Shown: positions 28,401 through 38,247, counted from the first letter of the stretch. The stretch is 55,744 nucleotides of DNA from an uncultured virus (IMG/VR IMGVR_UViG_3300021958_000031) (IMGVR_UViG_3300021958_000031), one strand, 5' to 3'. The notes: generated from the sequence alone by a model not told the origin. A program made the numbers and translations.

Positions 28401-28718
28401 TTTAATATAGTCTACCTTATCGGCAGCTGTTAAATTTAATAGGTTAAGAGCAAGAATTGGTCCTCTTTCCAATGCTGCTAAACAGCTTCTGTGGAAAAAT
28501 GAATCCTTTCTTTCTAAGTTTCTGTCAATATCACCATATACTTGTTTAAAGAATGCGGTGTCAGGTACAAATACCGGAGTATTAAAAGGACCTGTTTTAG
28601 AGAAACCGACAATTAACCTTGTCTGATTAGCAGGAATACTAACTACTTGAGATTTGTCAAATTCAAATCTGTAAGTTCCTGCTGCTTTAATCGAAGCGAT
28701 TTTCGGATCTAGTGCCAT
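25476..28718 (-). CDS. Tail sheath protein (gp18-like) with large central insertion
   Basis: AGTYRFEFDKS, VGFSKTGPFNTP, PWSLVAGVRRG, LNPI, KT...SALSSINCRE, LFEFN, DETNNTPEVID, IEPVRGME. Confidence 0.93.
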   Translation of the reverse strand: MALDPKIASIKAAGTYRFEFDKSQVVSIPANQTRLIVGFSKTGPFNTPVFVPDTAFFKQVYGDIDRNLERKDSFFHRSCLAALERGPILALNLLNLTAADKVDYIKFGTSATPEAQLNGGAMAEYQKMYNRDKFFYPSSEDFLDNVGANKLAFSSTTTNDLLDFTNLGQNPVSVIVRKASDANSTGFNVTAEEWYGAANVPGYLDKDSLVSDFLVDVFIINGNFGGDFSSATPYERFAADPIFQQYFDKVQGLKRRIFQADATDSKIAEFFNESEVDLIATYTASLLPNFTDLLGNNLFVEKVINADTASTGVFVAVNEDLFDGDTLIDGVAGGIDMIGHNLEYTQATSLQDDVNFLSYSGSIVSDLSYAGTGVTPNVVDQSTGDILSVVDLTSGDVQIQVQGSVGDSLFDAFSGMTANTEVIVGSYIEAINLSGATVFVPVTSHQVVGNTVTLILSGSNGTIDSTCFPTVGATYTYINEQDLGFVTDEAPLADPTNSNIIGGYGSTLYSQFSNGTLTDGDEAVYLNGGNEYLSYLVFNAVNYGFIHTATPTTALTTIAISDAEYNLPSVQVTPYEEDAFNNITPHVEFTLDPANGGFFIDTEYSTTGITYPAGTLGVQTLKGANNVSIDIISDSITEPALKPNQVLIASDNPDAADVVVGNYLVHFEGDASTPHSRLTRMNVVQGGLTNAEFSTIPAGKTALLVTCQSEIATTTAAGVVKVELYYPIDKWVDYLNVFTLDGFKLDSTRHVPNGTNERQNAILNGTLNGTNLFKALTDRDVINFRYIVDTFGNGIESGSKAIYTILASTRKNAFAILNAPSAKDFKNNTDPSFKDLTGSLSSRFISTGGDLAKNPTVRYSLPSPTQGASWGAFYYPFITVRDLGRNINVVPAAYVSNNFIAKYENALPWSLVAGVRRGVVGGSGVVGLEINLGKEDREYLEPFGLNPIVFQSGTGPTIFANKTAQQTTKSALSSINCREVVIYIQDGIEAILKNYLFEFNTAQTRLEIKTLADNFLSTVQNDDGVYDYKNIMDETNNTPEVIDQNVGILDTYIEPVRGMEILVQRTTILKTGAISSGNFQ

Positions 28719-28772
28719 CTTATATTATTTTTTTTATTTGCTTTTTTTATATATCCAACAACCTGTAACTTT

Positions 28773-30590
28773 TTATACCAAGTCGTATATGTCGAAGTTA
28801 AGCTGTCCACCTTTTGCATCTTGCTCTAGGATAGCATCAATTTTATTTTGAATGCTCTGCTCTGCGACATCGTGTATTTCTTCAGCAAAATCGGAAAAGT
28901 CTAATGTAAAAAAGAATTCAGAACTATTTATACATGTCATTATTAAATCATCATGGCCTAATTGACCGGCATATGTACCATTTGGCAATTTACCGAATGT
29001 AGCTGCCTCATATACAGTTTGCTTATCTTTTATTATAATTTTATTTTGAGTAATATATTTTTTAAAGTTTTGGCAAAAAATAGGTTTGTTATCTTTTTTA
29101 ACCTTTAACCCAAATTGTTTAGTCCTTGCATCTATACGGTGTTTAAACTTAACAACAGATTCTTCATCAAAATCATTTCTCTGTGGAAAAACGGTTTCCA
29201 TTCTTTTAATTAGCTCACCACCAAATAAATTCCATTCTATAATTAATTTTACATTCTCCGAATAGAAAACATCATAAGTTAAAATATAAAGAGATTTTGC
29301 AAATTCTTCAATAGTATGTTCATTACTTCTAAATCTACCAACTTGTCTTATTCTATAAAAATCAATAAAGCTACCTGGTGAAGTTACCTTTTTCCAATCG
29401 GCTTCATCCATAAGTTCTATTTTGAAAATATTTATAATAGAATAGTCACCACCTGTACCTTCTGCTATATCAACAGAAAAACACCAATAATTTTCATCCT
29501 CTTCACAGTCATCTAAATTAAATTCAGGGTCCCATAATAAACCAGAGTATTCTACTTGTTCATCTTCAAATTCTACAATCTCACGATGTACAAATTCTAT
29601 TTCATTACCTTTTAATTTTTTAAGACTATCTGGCCCTAATAATAATGATGAACCTGCAATAAACTGATTTCCATATTGTCTGTTAAATGCTTCGTCGCTA
29701 CCTAAGTTAGCAACCTCTTGTCTCATCCAAGCCTCATCTCTACCAGGGACATCCCACCAATCAACTCGAAATGGTGTATATTCACTTAAACCTTTATCAG
29801 CAGCAGTATATATGTCATAAAATTTATTAAAACCGTTAGGTGTACTTGTTATAATAACTTTTGAGTTTGTTGATGCGGATACTGTTGGATACACATTTTC
29901 ATAAAAGGTATCAACAAAATTTGCAGGGATATGCGCAAACTCATCCATAAATAATAAATGAATAGTAAAACCGATTGCTGCTTTCTTTGTCGTGGTTTGC
30001 CCAATTATTCTACAGCCATTATCAAACTTGGAATTAAATACATCCCATTTAAGAGTACCTGGTTTTAAAAAGAAAGGCAAATGTTCTAATATAGTTTTAC
30101 CTTTATCAATAATCTCTCTTGTTGTTGCACCTTTATTTGAAAGTATTAGAGAATTTTTATCAAAGTTAAATAATGAATACCATGCTATAAAAATAGATGA
30201 GCATATAGTTTTACCAACTTGCCTAGATGCTAAACATACATTAAATCTTTCTGCTTGGAATTGCCTTAACATATTTTCTTGGTAAGGTCTTAAGTTAATT
30301 GTCTGTAAACCATGATCAGTCATTACAGTACAATAAGTATTAGCAAAGTATACGATATCCTTTGCACATTTTTTAATTTCCTTTATTTCATTTGAGGTAT
30401 AATTAAAAACAATATTACCTTTTCTTAAATTAGGATTACCTTCATAGAATGGTGTAGACGCTGGCTTATAACCTTCTTCTATTGCAAACATTAATTGTTC
30501 TACACTCTCACTAGACCATGAAAAGGCTTGTTGAGCTTTACCTACACTAAAATCAAATCCGGCACTAGGAGCTTGTGGTTTCTGTGGCAT
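28773..30590 (-). CDS. Terminase large subunit (gp17-like)
   Basis: LRPYQ, SRQVGKT, MDEFAH, ITSTPNG, VDIAEGTGGDYS, GHDDLIM. Confidence 0.96.
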   Translation of the reverse strand: MPQKPQAPSAGFDFSVGKAQQAFSWSSESVEQLMFAIEEGYKPASTPFYEGNPNLRKGNIVFNYTSNEIKEIKKCAKDIVYFANTYCTVMTDHGLQTINLRPYQENMLRQFQAERFNVCLASRQVGKTICSSIFIAWYSLFNFDKNSLILSNKGATTREIIDKGKTILEHLPFFLKPGTLKWDVFNSKFDNGCRIIGQTTTKKAAIGFTIHLLFMDEFAHIPANFVDTFYENVYPTVSASTNSKVIITSTPNGFNKFYDIYTAADKGLSEYTPFRVDWWDVPGRDEAWMRQEVANLGSDEAFNRQYGNQFIAGSSLLLGPDSLKKLKGNEIEFVHREIVEFEDEQVEYSGLLWDPEFNLDDCEEDENYWCFSVDIAEGTGGDYSIINIFKIELMDEADWKKVTSPGSFIDFYRIRQVGRFRSNEHTIEEFAKSLYILTYDVFYSENVKLIIEWNLFGGELIKRMETVFPQRNDFDEESVVKFKHRIDARTKQFGLKVKKDNKPIFCQNFKKYITQNKIIIKDKQTVYEAATFGKLPNGTYAGQLGHDDLIMTCINSSEFFFTLDFSDFAEEIHDVAEQSIQNKIDAILEQDAKGGQLNFDIYDLV

Positions 30591-30852
30591 CTTCTTCTAT
30601 TACAGCAAGAACATGATTTATATGAAGAATTTCAAACTTATCTCCATCAAATGTGTATTCAGTACCCTTGCCTATTGTTTTTACTATTTTATCGCCTTTC
30701 TTTACTTCAAGGTTATCGGATGCTTCTATTACTAAAGCAACTCTGTTATATTTTTCCTCAGGAATAATTAATCCACTATCGGTTCTTCGTTCACCTTGTT
30801 CTATTTCCTGTGTAAGAATGTAATCATTCTTCATTTTCATCGCTATCGACAT
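30565..30852 (-). CDS. groES: GroES-like co-chaperonin (start may be 30840 or 30834)
   Basis: DYIL...RTDSGLIIP...EVKKGDKIV...GTEYTFDG...ILH..HVLAVIE. Confidence 0.8.
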   Translation of the reverse strand: MSIAMKMKNDYILTQEIEQGERRTDSGLIIPEEKYNRVALVIEASDNLEVKKGDKIVKTIGKGTEYTFDGDKFEILHINHVLAVIEEDATETTSS

Positions 30853-31429
30853 CTTGTATATCTTCTTCGTTAATTGTTTCTTGTAATGCTCTCATTAGAT
30901 CTTTTGTACCTCTTGATTTAACACCACTTTGTTTTTTATTATTACTTTCTGAATTGCCATGATATACATCAATATCTCGTGAAGTCTTTTTAGCATTTTC
31001 TTCAATTGCTACCATGTACATTGTTTGGCTTTTTATAATATCTAAAAGAGTTCTCTGTAAATCACTAAGTACTTCAAACATTCTAGGAGATACATCACCT
31101 TCATTAATAATATCCATTAATTGAGAAATTGCAATTTCGCTATTCTCCATTTGTCTTATTAACATACCTAATGCATATTCATCTAAATTAGATTTTGCTT
31201 GAATATATTCATGCTCTGCAATAATCTCTTCACTTAAATAAAATTTAAGTAAACTTGACATTACTTTCTTTGCTTTAGTTTTTGCTTTAGTTAATGCAAC
31301 TGCTTGCGTGCTTTCTAATCTTACTTTAGGTAATTCTGGAGTATCATCTAAACCAGGTACTTCATCCGGTAACTCACTAAGTAAATCACCTATACTGTCC
31401 CTAAATTTATCCTTTGAGTTATCTTCCAT
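30824..31429 (-). CDS. Terminase small subunit (gp16-like)
   Basis: SPRMFEVL...LLD and GTKDLM motifs. Upstream of the large subunit. Confidence 0.7.
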   Translation of the reverse strand: MEDNSKDKFRDSIGDLLSELPDEVPGLDDTPELPKVRLESTQAVALTKAKTKAKKVMSSLLKFYLSEEIIAEHEYIQAKSNLDEYALGMLIRQMENSEIAISQLMDIINEGDVSPRMFEVLSDLQRTLLDIIKSQTMYMVAIEENAKKTSRDIDVYHGNSESNNKKQSGVKSRGTKDLMRALQETINEEDIQDVDSDENEE

Positions 31430-31459
31430 TAATGTTTGATTTATAATATATATTCCAGG

Positions 31460-33421
31460 TTATCTGGCGTCGGTTACATCCTGAAGCATTAATTCAGGAG
31501 AAGCATTATCTAGTAATAATGTTAAGTGTGTGTCTTTTACTACATATTGACTAAGCACCAAAGACTGTAATTCCTCTTCTATTGGTTTTTTCCAAATTCT
31601 TATATTTGTAAGATCTGTTTGGCACCCTAGTATTTTCCAAGAATCATTATCTACAACATCCACTGGCAAATATGTTTTTGTATCATTAAATATCAGATTT
31701 AACTTAGCGGTCAATTCAGGATTAACAGATCCTGATGTTTCAATTGTGTTATAAATAAATAAGCCTAATTGTCTCGCGGTCGCATTAAGGTTAATTACAA
31801 ATGCATACCAATTATCTTTAAGTAATGATTGAGTTATTTTCCACTTATAATAAGAATCATTAATTTTCATAATAAACCAATTGGTTGTATATGTAAATGA
31901 AACAGATTGTGTTGGTGGTAATAAATCATTTTCATAAATCATAAAGTTATTACTTTCTTCTTTATTAAAACTTGGGGAACCAGATGTAATAATATCATCT
32001 ACGTATTTTTCATCTAAAACAATAGAGTCACCAATTACTTCTATAACCTTTGCTATTCCATTATATGATTGTGTACCTCTTATTGATACCCAATCTCCTA
32101 CTGATATAGCATTACCAAATGTAGGTAGAGCACCAGTGTTAAATTGAACCTTCCCTCCTTTATTTACAATTGATAGGATTAAAACATTATTTCCTACAGG
32201 CTTATTATATTGAGGTCTTACCCAGAATGTAAATGCCCTATCTTCTTCTTTAGTCCACCCACCTTCATATTGATATTTTACCGAAAGGTCGCCATTTTTA
32301 ATAGTGTTTAATTTATAATGATATTTAGAAATAATAGTCCATGAATTATAAACATTCTCTTCTTTAATAGATAATCTTTTATTTAGAGATCTTCTAACAT
32401 AATCATTACATTGTGTACCTATTGTATTATATTGATTATCCTTTCGTACATCCCTAAATTCATTTTCCCTTTCAACTCTAAATTTATCCTCTACATTTGA
32501 AGTTAATTCATCGGTATCAAGTTGAGCCTGTATTCCGTCTGCTGTATTATCGTATCCGACTGCTGTTCTTTTTTGGTAAGGAACTAAACTAACTCGCCAA
32601 TATGATCCTGCATAAAGAAAATCATCAGCTTCTGCAATTGCATCTACTTCATACATTCTATTCATATAATCTTTAAAATATAAATAGTCCCTCATCTCTG
32701 GTTTTGATCCTAAACCAAACACTGCCTCAAATGCAGATTTAACAATATGTATTTCAAATTGAACAGGAAAATCCATCATCATTGGATTAAACTGTATTTC
32801 TCTAGTTGGTAATTCGTTATCAGGAATTAAAATTTTTACTTCTGCTTCTTTAATGACATCAAATAAAGAATACTCTTTTAAAATAACATCACGGCTTCTT
32901 TGGTCTGCTTTAGTTTTAAAATAGTCAACACAGAACCCAAACATATTAGAAGTAATAGCAGAAAGTTGATTATACATTGAAGATGCCCTAGATAAATCAT
33001 AGGGATTCCAAGTATCACCACAACAATCTACTACTAAATTAGGCATACCTACGCAACCTTCAGCACCACATTCTATTTGAGGTACTCTACAAATAACACC
33101 ACCATCAGTTACCAATTCAAGTGCTATTGATTCGAACTCCAAGAGGCCATCGCCTACTTGTTCATAGCGATATTGAACCCAAAAAGGTTTATTTGGATTT
33201 AATAATAAAGCTTCCAGATTCGCATTAGTAAGTGTTATATAATCAGAATATGTTACACCATCAGTTCCCCACCTAAATTGTTTATTATAATAGGTACCTG
33301 TATTTTCTCCTTTAGTCACATCTTCATATCCTACTACCTCAACTACATTTTTATAAGGTTCTTGTAAGGATATTAATATAGCATCCCCGTTAGCGTCTGT
33401 TGTTCTTCCATTAACTGCCAT
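31460..33421 (-). CDS. Virion structural protein, neck (gp14-like) core with C-terminal LamG-like beta domain
   Basis: MFGFCVDYF...DVILKEY, P..RDYLYF...MYEV, and FTFWVRP...WYAFVI...TNIRIWKKPI. Confidence 0.55.
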   Translation of the reverse strand: MAVNGRTTDANGDAILISLQEPYKNVVEVVGYEDVTKGENTGTYYNKQFRWGTDGVTYSDYITLTNANLEALLLNPNKPFWVQYRYEQVGDGLLEFESIALELVTDGGVICRVPQIECGAEGCVGMPNLVVDCCGDTWNPYDLSRASSMYNQLSAITSNMFGFCVDYFKTKADQRSRDVILKEYSLFDVIKEAEVKILIPDNELPTREIQFNPMMMDFPVQFEIHIVKSAFEAVFGLGSKPEMRDYLYFKDYMNRMYEVDAIAEADDFLYAGSYWRVSLVPYQKRTAVGYDNTADGIQAQLDTDELTSNVEDKFRVERENEFRDVRKDNQYNTIGTQCNDYVRRSLNKRLSIKEENVYNSWTIISKYHYKLNTIKNGDLSVKYQYEGGWTKEEDRAFTFWVRPQYNKPVGNNVLILSIVNKGGKVQFNTGALPTFGNAISVGDWVSIRGTQSYNGIAKVIEVIGDSIVLDEKYVDDIITSGSPSFNKEESNNFMIYENDLLPPTQSVSFTYTTNWFIMKINDSYYKWKITQSLLKDNWYAFVINLNATARQLGLFIYNTIETSGSVNPELTAKLNLIFNDTKTYLPVDVVDNDSWKILGCQTDLTNIRIWKKPIEEELQSLVLSQYVVKDTHLTLLLDNASPELMLQDVTDAR

Positions 33422-33424
33422 TGA

Positions 33425-33856
33425 TTAAGAATTTATTTGTTCGTATGAATCTTTTGAATCACCTTCTTTTTTAAAAGTTTCTCCAATTATATAAGAACCT
33501 ACGAAAGGTGTTAATGCGGCAAAATATGCAGCCGCACCCATAAGATCAGCATTTTTAACAATTACCCAAACTCCTATAATAGCCCAGAGCGCAATTGTAA
33601 TATACATAATATTTTCTCTCTTGCTATTTTTTCCTTTTCTAAAAATAGAACTATCTTTGCTAGGTCGCATACTCTCACCAAAAATATAAGAAGCTACAAA
33701 CCCTGTTAATGAAATAAAATATCCAGCTAACTGGGTAAAGTTAGTATCAAAATAAGTAGCAGTAACACCGACAGCCACCCACAAAAATACAACTAAGTAA
33801 GTAACACACTCACGTTTTGATTCACAACATCTTTTAAGGAATGATTTCATATACAA
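33425..33856 (-). CDS. Four-TM membrane protein made of two homologous halves (holin-like candidate)
   Basis: SKRE..Y....LW...G.....YF..LT.FV.SYI.GE occurs twice. Late motif at 33868-33876. Confidence 0.65.
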   Translation of the reverse strand: MYMKSFLKRCCESKRECVTYLVVFLWVAVGVTATYFDTNFTQLAGYFISLTGFVASYIFGESMRPSKDSSIFRKGKNSKRENIMYITIALWAIIGVWVIVKNADLMGAAAYFAALTPFVGSYIIGETFKKEGDSKDSYEQINS

Positions 33857-33879
33857 ACATTATTTGTTTATATATTCCA

Positions 33880-34548
33880 TCAATAAGGAGTATAGTCAGT
33901 TTTAACAATTAAGATAGGATCATCCTCTTCTAATTTCTGGTCAATATGATCTAACATGTGAAATGTAGATAATTTACCATTTATATCCATAGAAGTTAAA
34001 ATATCTATAATTGCCGTAGCCTTCATATAAAAATATGGCTTTCTTTCAAGATATTTATTTTTAAGTATTTCAAAATCTATCAGAGTCTTATTAAAAATAT
34101 CTAATTCTTTTCTATCTAATAATTTTGTTAAATCAAATATACCTTCAAGTATACTAAAATGAAAGCTTAATATACTTCGACCTGCTTCATTTTTTACTAA
34201 CCTAGAGTATTTCTTATCATCACTGATTTTAATAGTTAAGAATTCAAGATTAGGTAATCTATTAAATATAGAACATAAAAAATAAATAGAATTAGGCTTT
34301 ACTGCAGGATTAAGAATGTATCCAAAGTCCTCTGCCTTTTTAATTATACTATGTACTCTTTTGCTTGTCTTTATTGCAGTAAGGAAAGATTCCTTTTTAA
34401 CCAAATACTCACCATCAACTTTAGATAAGTTTTTACATTCTTTTTTTACTCTACTTATAAGTATGCTATCAAAATAATCATACTTAAATAATGTAAATGA
34501 AATGTGAGTCGGTATCCCTAATTCAAAAGTATTATCAATTAACATCAT
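33880..34548 (-). CDS. Hypothetical protein
   Basis: 222-aa ORF. Confidence 0.6.
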   Translation of the reverse strand: MMLIDNTFELGIPTHISFTLFKYDYFDSILISRVKKECKNLSKVDGEYLVKKESFLTAIKTSKRVHSIIKKAEDFGYILNPAVKPNSIYFLCSIFNRLPNLEFLTIKISDDKKYSRLVKNEAGRSILSFHFSILEGIFDLTKLLDRKELDIFNKTLIDFEILKNKYLERKPYFYMKATAIIDILTSMDINGKLSTFHMLDHIDQKLEEDDPILIVKTDYTPY

Positions 34549-34951
34549 TACCCATTTGTTTTTCTAGTATATCTATCGATGATTGGACTAGGGATGGGTT
34601 ATGTTTTAGTGCTTCTTTATATTCTCTTTCTCCGATTTCATTAAATTTCATATAAAGTTCTAAAGCCTTAGGATTAGGATTCCATTCCTTAGCCTTTTGC
34701 TTTGCAGATTTTTTTACTTTAGTATAAATAAAACCTGGTACTCTATTAAATTTAGATGAAACTAAACGCCATGCTTCTGCTTGGCCTACGGGATCTATTT
34801 TAAGAGTATTAAAAAGATTAGCCTGAATAGGAAATTTAATACTCATAAATCTATTAGTCATAAATGAATTTTTAGATTTATCATAATTAGATACCTTATC
34901 CCAGTTTGTATCCTTACCGAAAAGAACTTTTATATAATCAAATAATTTCAT
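34535..34951 (-). CDS. Clamp loader small subunit (gp62-like)
   Basis: LFDYI..., FMTNRFMS, basic linker and helical C-terminus. Near the gp44-like gene. Confidence 0.6.
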   Translation of the reverse strand: MKLFDYIKVLFGKDTNWDKVSNYDKSKNSFMTNRFMSIKFPIQANLFNTLKIDPVGQAEAWRLVSSKFNRVPGFIYTKVKKSAKQKAKEWNPNPKALELYMKFNEIGEREYKEALKHNPSLVQSSIDILEKQMGNDVN

Positions 34952-34993
34952 TGTGTTATTTTATATTTATTATATGAAGGAAATGTAAAAAGT

Positions 34994-35869
34994 TTAAAAA
35001 GTTTTTTTAATGAAAGTTTCTTTATCTGCTTGGTGTATCAATATATCATTATATATGATAGGCAACTCTTCTTGACTGGACCTTGGCTTATCAACATGTT
35101 TTAACATTTCAGTTTTCATATTTCTAATATGTTCATTAAAAGGGAATGTTTTTTGAATACTATCTGCTAAAGTACTGTCTTGAATATAAAGATCACTTGA
35201 CATTGTTAAAAAATATCTTAACTTTCTTTTTTGATGCAATCCTAATAACTGAATAGAGTATAAATGATCTTCTCCGTTTGCTATTTGTAAATGCATTTTT
35301 TGCATAGCACTTAATTTACTTTGTAAAATAATTCTATCAAAGCTATGTGGTATCTCTGCGTCAACCCAATGCCCTACCCCAGGCCCATGGGTTGGTCTCT
35401 TAACTAGTGATACTCCCCAAACATTACCATAATATTGATTATTATCACCACACTTAAATATATGACCACCCACTTTATTAGGAGATACTTTGTCTACTGG
35501 GATTAATCCTAATACATCAATATTAGGATATTGATAAATATGTTGAGCTATAGATTTTGCCCATGTAGGATATAACCAATCATCACCATCTACTTGTGAC
35601 ATAAAATCTGAATCACTCTTTAAAAATAAATCTCTACATGAGTTTTTACCTTTACCAGGTTTGCCGTTACTCTCAGTTCTTATAACATCAAAAGAAAACC
35701 CTGCATTTTTTACTTCATTATAATAATCATCGTTTAAGGTATTTACTACAATTAGAGGTTTTATTTCAATCGAATCATCTGGTATAATGCCTTCAACTGA
35801 TTTTACTAATCTGGTTAATTTATCTAACTTATGATGAGTTAACAACATTAATAATATTTTATGCTTCAT
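34994..35869 (-). CDS. Glycosyltransferase, GT-A fold (family 2-like)
   Basis: SNGKPGKGKNS, QVDGDDWL DxD motif, GEDH. Confidence 0.82.
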   Translation of the reverse strand: MKHKILLMLLTHHKLDKLTRLVKSVEGIIPDDSIEIKPLIVVNTLNDDYYNEVKNAGFSFDVIRTESNGKPGKGKNSCRDLFLKSDSDFMSQVDGDDWLYPTWAKSIAQHIYQYPNIDVLGLIPVDKVSPNKVGGHIFKCGDNNQYYGNVWGVSLVKRPTHGPGVGHWVDAEIPHSFDRIILQSKLSAMQKMHLQIANGEDHLYSIQLLGLHQKRKLRYFLTMSSDLYIQDSTLADSIQKTFPFNEHIRNMKTEMLKHVDKPRSSQEELPIIYNDILIHQADKETFIKKTF

Positions 35870-35872
35870 ACT

Positions 35873-37099
35873 TTAAAAAATCTTATCTTGTTTTTTACTA
35901 CCTTTTATAAAAGACATATCATTAGAATCATCAGAATCATCTTCTTTAAAAAACGAAGCCTTAAAAGAACTATCAGTTTCTTTTGAGTATTCAGTATTCT
36001 CTAAAATAGATTTCATTGTAGAAATTGTTTTTAATTGTAAACCTTTTACATTCATTTTTGATTCTACTGATTTAAACATTTCGTCTAGGATACCTTCTGG
36101 TATTGATTCGGCGGCAAGTACCATAAGATTAACATTAGATTTGAGATTAGAAATAATCTGCTCTCTGCTCATATGTTTTGCATTCATAACTCTTACAGTC
36201 ATATTTGCCAAGTCAGTAATATATTCATCATTATAAAGATACATATGAGATAAGTGGCCATGTTTTTCTTTAAACTCTGCTATGATAGCGGTTGCCTTTT
36301 TCTCGCTAATTCCATATCTTCTTTTACCTTTAGTGTAATAATAGGCAGGCGGTACATTATCACCGGCATCACCAGTAAGTACTTTACGGAAACGAAAGTC
36401 TTCAGGGTCAACTTCTATAATTGAAACTTTTTTCTTTGCGACTAATGCCTTAAGTAATTTTTTAGCCTGATTTTCTGGTGACACAGAAGTTTTTAGTACA
36501 TCAAATATATCATCAGACTGTTCTTCTTCAGTTTGAGAATCCATCCATTCAGAAAAACCTTGATAAGTATATAATTTTTTATGTGCTGGGGAAAATAGAA
36601 TTGTATGAGTATTATTATTTTTACTCTTATCTACTAATTGAACTAAGTCTCTATCACCAGTAAACATAATAACTGATTTGTCATTTGCGAGACATTCAGT
36701 ATTCCATGCATACATTAAATCATCACCTTCAGCACCGTCAATTTTTGAAATGATAACACCTTGTTTAGATAAGATAGAAATAAAGTCGGCTGTTGCCTTA
36801 GAGAAGTTTTCCCAGTTAAGGGCGTCATTTTGTTTACGATTACCTTTATATTCTGCCTCAGGGTAAAAGTCCTTTCTCCATGATCTTGAATCTACGGTCC
36901 AAACTACCTTATCAATAAGACCTTCAAATAATCTGATTTGATATGCAAAATCAGTTGCCAATTTTTTGACAAATGCTTGTACATCTTCTTCTGTTCCTAA
37001 TAGACCTGCCTTTTTTGATCTGCTAGGAATTACGTATAATGTTCTAAACAGAAAATAATTACCATCTATAACAAATGTATGTCTGCCGGTTTTTTTCAT
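35873..37099 (-). CDS. rnh: RNase H / 5'-3' flap exonuclease (T4 rnh-like)
   Basis: VIDGN, SWRKDFYPEAEYKGNR, AEGDD, TGDRDLVQL, LTGDAGDNVP. Confidence 0.92.
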   Translation of the reverse strand: MKKTGRHTFVIDGNYFLFRTLYVIPSRSKKAGLLGTEEDVQAFVKKLATDFAYQIRLFEGLIDKVVWTVDSRSWRKDFYPEAEYKGNRKQNDALNWENFSKATADFISILSKQGVIISKIDGAEGDDLMYAWNTECLANDKSVIMFTGDRDLVQLVDKSKNNNTHTILFSPAHKKLYTYQGFSEWMDSQTEEEQSDDIFDVLKTSVSPENQAKKLLKALVAKKKVSIIEVDPEDFRFRKVLTGDAGDNVPPAYYYTKGKRRYGISEKKATAIIAEFKEKHGHLSHMYLYNDEYITDLANMTVRVMNAKHMSREQIISNLKSNVNLMVLAAESIPEGILDEMFKSVESKMNVKGLQLKTISTMKSILENTEYSKETDSSFKASFFKEDDSDDSNDMSFIKGSKKQDKIF

Positions 37100-37132
37100 A
37101 TTATGTGTTATTTAATTTAAATATAACAAGTA

Positions 37133-37288
37133 TTAATTGAATCTGAAAAAAGAGTTTAAAACAATTTCTTCGCATTCTTCTTTGGTTAATTTTGATTGTC
37201 TTAAATCATAATATCTTGCAACTGCGCTACCTAACTCCATGTGATTAGGAAACTTCTTTATTAGGGTTTCTAAAAATTGTGATCTCAT
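37133..37288 (-). CDS. Small 51-aa hypothetical protein
   Basis: Hand translation MRSQFLETLIKKFPNHMELGSAVARYYDLRQSKLTKEECEEIVLNSFFRFN. ATGA overlap with the clamp loader stop. Confidence 0.55.
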   Translation of the reverse strand: MRSQFLETLIKKFPNHMELGSAVARYYDLRQSKLTKEECEEIVLNSFFRFN

Positions 37289-38247
37289 GCTCCATTTACT
37301 ATTGTTTGCAGTTCATAAATACAAGCGAGCATTGATACTGCAGGATCAATTACCAGTTGTCGTTGTGATTGATATTTTGCAACTGTTACAATTATTTGTG
37401 GAATGAATTGTGTATATGATTGCCTATCTTGTTTTATAAAATCTATAAACTCTGCACCTAGAGAGGATAAAACATCGTCGGTTCTATTTGCATAATTAGA
37501 TAACATATATTGATAGTTTTTTACAGGGTCTTCTCCATCAATTACAAGATCATAAATATCTTTATATACTGAACTGAATTGTTTAATGTTTTCAACTGTT
37601 ATAGTTTCTACACCTTGAGATTTAAATCCTTGTAACTGATTTAACATATTTCTTAAATCAGGAAATTTTCTTTTTACTAATTCTACAGCTGCATGTTTAT
37701 CAATACCTATACCTTCTTCTTTGCATATTTGAAAAATCCGCATAATGTAACTTTTCATTATTTCAGTTTCTTCTTCTTTAGAAAAATCAAAATCAATCAT
37801 TTCAAATCTTGACTGAATTGGATCTGGTACTTTATTAATATAATTACATGTTGCTATAAATCTTGCATTTACAGCAAACTGATCCATAGTAGCTCTTAAT
37901 GCTTTGAAAAATTGATCAGATACACCATCAATCTCATCAAGTATAATTACCTTCATTTTTCCTGGCTCATCCATTATTGAACGATTAGCACAAAAGTCAG
38001 TAATTCTATTTCTTACAACATCTACCGAGGTATCCGTTGACGCATTAATATAAAGGTATGGGTGTTTAAAATGTTTTACTAATGCTTTAGCAGCAGAAGT
38101 TTTACCTGTACCTGGACTACCGTGTAATAATAAATGTTGATATACGCCTTTACTTAATTTTTCACCAACTCTCTGTGGCGTAATTAAATCATCTAAAGAC
38201 TGTGGTCTATATTTCTCTGTTAATAAGACATTTTGGATATTCTTCAT
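37285..38247 (-). CDS. Clamp loader ATPase subunit (gp44/RFC-like)
   Basis: True start likely MKNIQ at 38247. EKYRP, GSPGTGKT, INAS, ILDEID, TCNY, SRF. Confidence 0.95.
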   Translation of the reverse strand: MKNIQNVLLTEKYRPQSLDDLITPQRVGEKLSKGVYQHLLLHGSPGTGKTSAAKALVKHFKHPYLYINASTDTSVDVVRNRITDFCANRSIMDEPGKMKVIILDEIDGVSDQFFKALRATMDQFAVNARFIATCNYINKVPDPIQSRFEMIDFDFSKEEETEIMKSYIMRIFQICKEEGIGIDKHAAVELVKRKFPDLRNMLNQLQGFKSQGVETITVENIKQFSSVYKDIYDLVIDGEDPVKNYQYMLSNYANRTDDVLSSLGAEFIDFIKQDRQSYTQFIPQIIVTVAKYQSQRQLVIDPAVSMLACIYELQTIVNGA

